Source: Haliotis rubra (Eukaryota). Taken from it: a stretch of 64,000 nt of DNA. The position numbers and the translations under genes are program-made. The DNA lies in the NCBI RefSeq assembly GCF_003918875.1, contig NW_025765403.1:1364001-1428000 (forward strand). Direction: 5' to 3'. A model generated the notes under the pieces. It was not told the origin of the DNA, searched no databases, and was given only the letters and a program-made list of their open reading frames with translations. This document shows positions 62,940-64,000 of the stretch, one piece after another (the stretch's first letter is position 1; the number at the start of each line of letters is the position of its first letter).

Positions 62940-63158
62940 CAGTCGAGCACCGTTGTGTCGAACTCTGATAACTCGATATCTCGGTTGTCTCGAAATAACA
63001 ACTCGGTCCCGGCAAAATCGTTCATAATTTATCAGTTTAGCGTTTTGTTTTCTTTCATAGTGATATGTGATGATATGCCCTGGTCGGATGTCTCGACGTT
63101 CGGATAACTCGACATTTTTTCTTGGTCCCATGAATATCGAGACAACGGTGCTCGACTG
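62940..63158. mobile_element. Tc1/mariner (pogo/Tigger-like) MITE
   Basis: TA TSD; TIR cagtcgagcaccgttgt(g/c)tcga. Confidence 0.85.
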
Positions 63159-64000
63159 TAGATGATAGACCAACACAGACATTACGGCGAACATAGATAA
63201 GAGAGAAGCGCATCCCATTGTTTTAAAGCATAACAAGTTAACTGACACATAAGTCTTGTTAATAATGATTTTAGACGGGTTTACAACTATTTTGTTTCAT
63301 TTAAGTGAGTAATTTCGTTAATAAACGTAAACTACACCTCGAATTAAGAGCAGTGGTATCCACCCCTTTCCGTAAAGGCTTAAATCCATCACTAAAAAAT
63401 ATGTATCCACGCATATGCATAGACTACACTCCCGTCCTTTTGGTGAAAATATTGTACAACAACTCAACCTAACAGATCGAAAATAAGGCGTACGGACTTG
63501 CCTCCCTTACATAGCTTGTCACTGCACTTGCGATGCTGAAAAGAATGGCATGTATTTCTCCTCCACCCTCAATCTACCTGTAGCCCCATTGCCATTAACA
63601 GTTCACACCCCAACATACACGCAAATGCATACGCCTACGCACATATCTGTGTTGTTCACTCCCCGACTCGGGTACTGTTCTTCTCTCTCTCTAGTTCAGG
63701 TAAGCATACATGGGTATTACGAAACTACCACTCTGATATGTAATTCGATAAACTCGTTACCACATCATGTGATTGAGATAGCCAACATTTTTTCACAAGG
63801 CTGTCTGTTCAATCTGGTTTCAACGAAACTGTGATAAAACCCCACCTCTCCATTGCCAGCATCACGGCTATTTATAGACGGTCACGTAACCTTGGGAAAT
63901 CCCAGGTACGGTCGATACGCTGAGTGAAATTCAATAGGCGCCCTTCACCGACACGGTCCTTGGTGACATGACAATACGTCTCCATGTATCTCTATGCTAT

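Overview
AT-rich eukaryotic (metazoan) genomic DNA with spliceosomal introns, many tRNA-derived SINEs with (TCAC)n tails, MITEs and two N-gaps. The repeat landscape suggests a mollusc, probably a gastropod such as abalone (inference). The left ~24 kb is the first coding exon of an LHFPL6-like tetraspan gene on the minus strand (23790-24180) and its very long downstream intron; no further exon was found in the window. Divergently oriented to its right, past a 2.5-kb GT-rich minisatellite, are two tandem ZNFX1-like genes (SF1/UPF1-type RNA helicase, NF-X1 zinc-finger array, RING-like segment, C-terminal RZ finger): copy A at ~31.1-42.4 kb and copy B at ~46.9-58.2 kb. The copies share exon architecture but have diverged module by module. 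The N-terminus is RGG-rich in A and carries 40-aa 'NWRDR' tandem repeats in B. A 53-aa zinc-finger unit is single in A and present four times in B. The RZ fingers are degenerate in different ways. Both putative promoters carry an ISRE-like IRF site followed by a consensus GAS (STAT) palindrome, which looks like an interferon-like inducible antiviral cluster in an invertebrate. Both ORFs contain frameshifts (many in homopolymer runs) and B has one in-frame TGA; assembly error versus pseudogenisation cannot be resolved from the sequence alone. A decayed Tc1 DD34E transposon lies in intron 1 of copy B.
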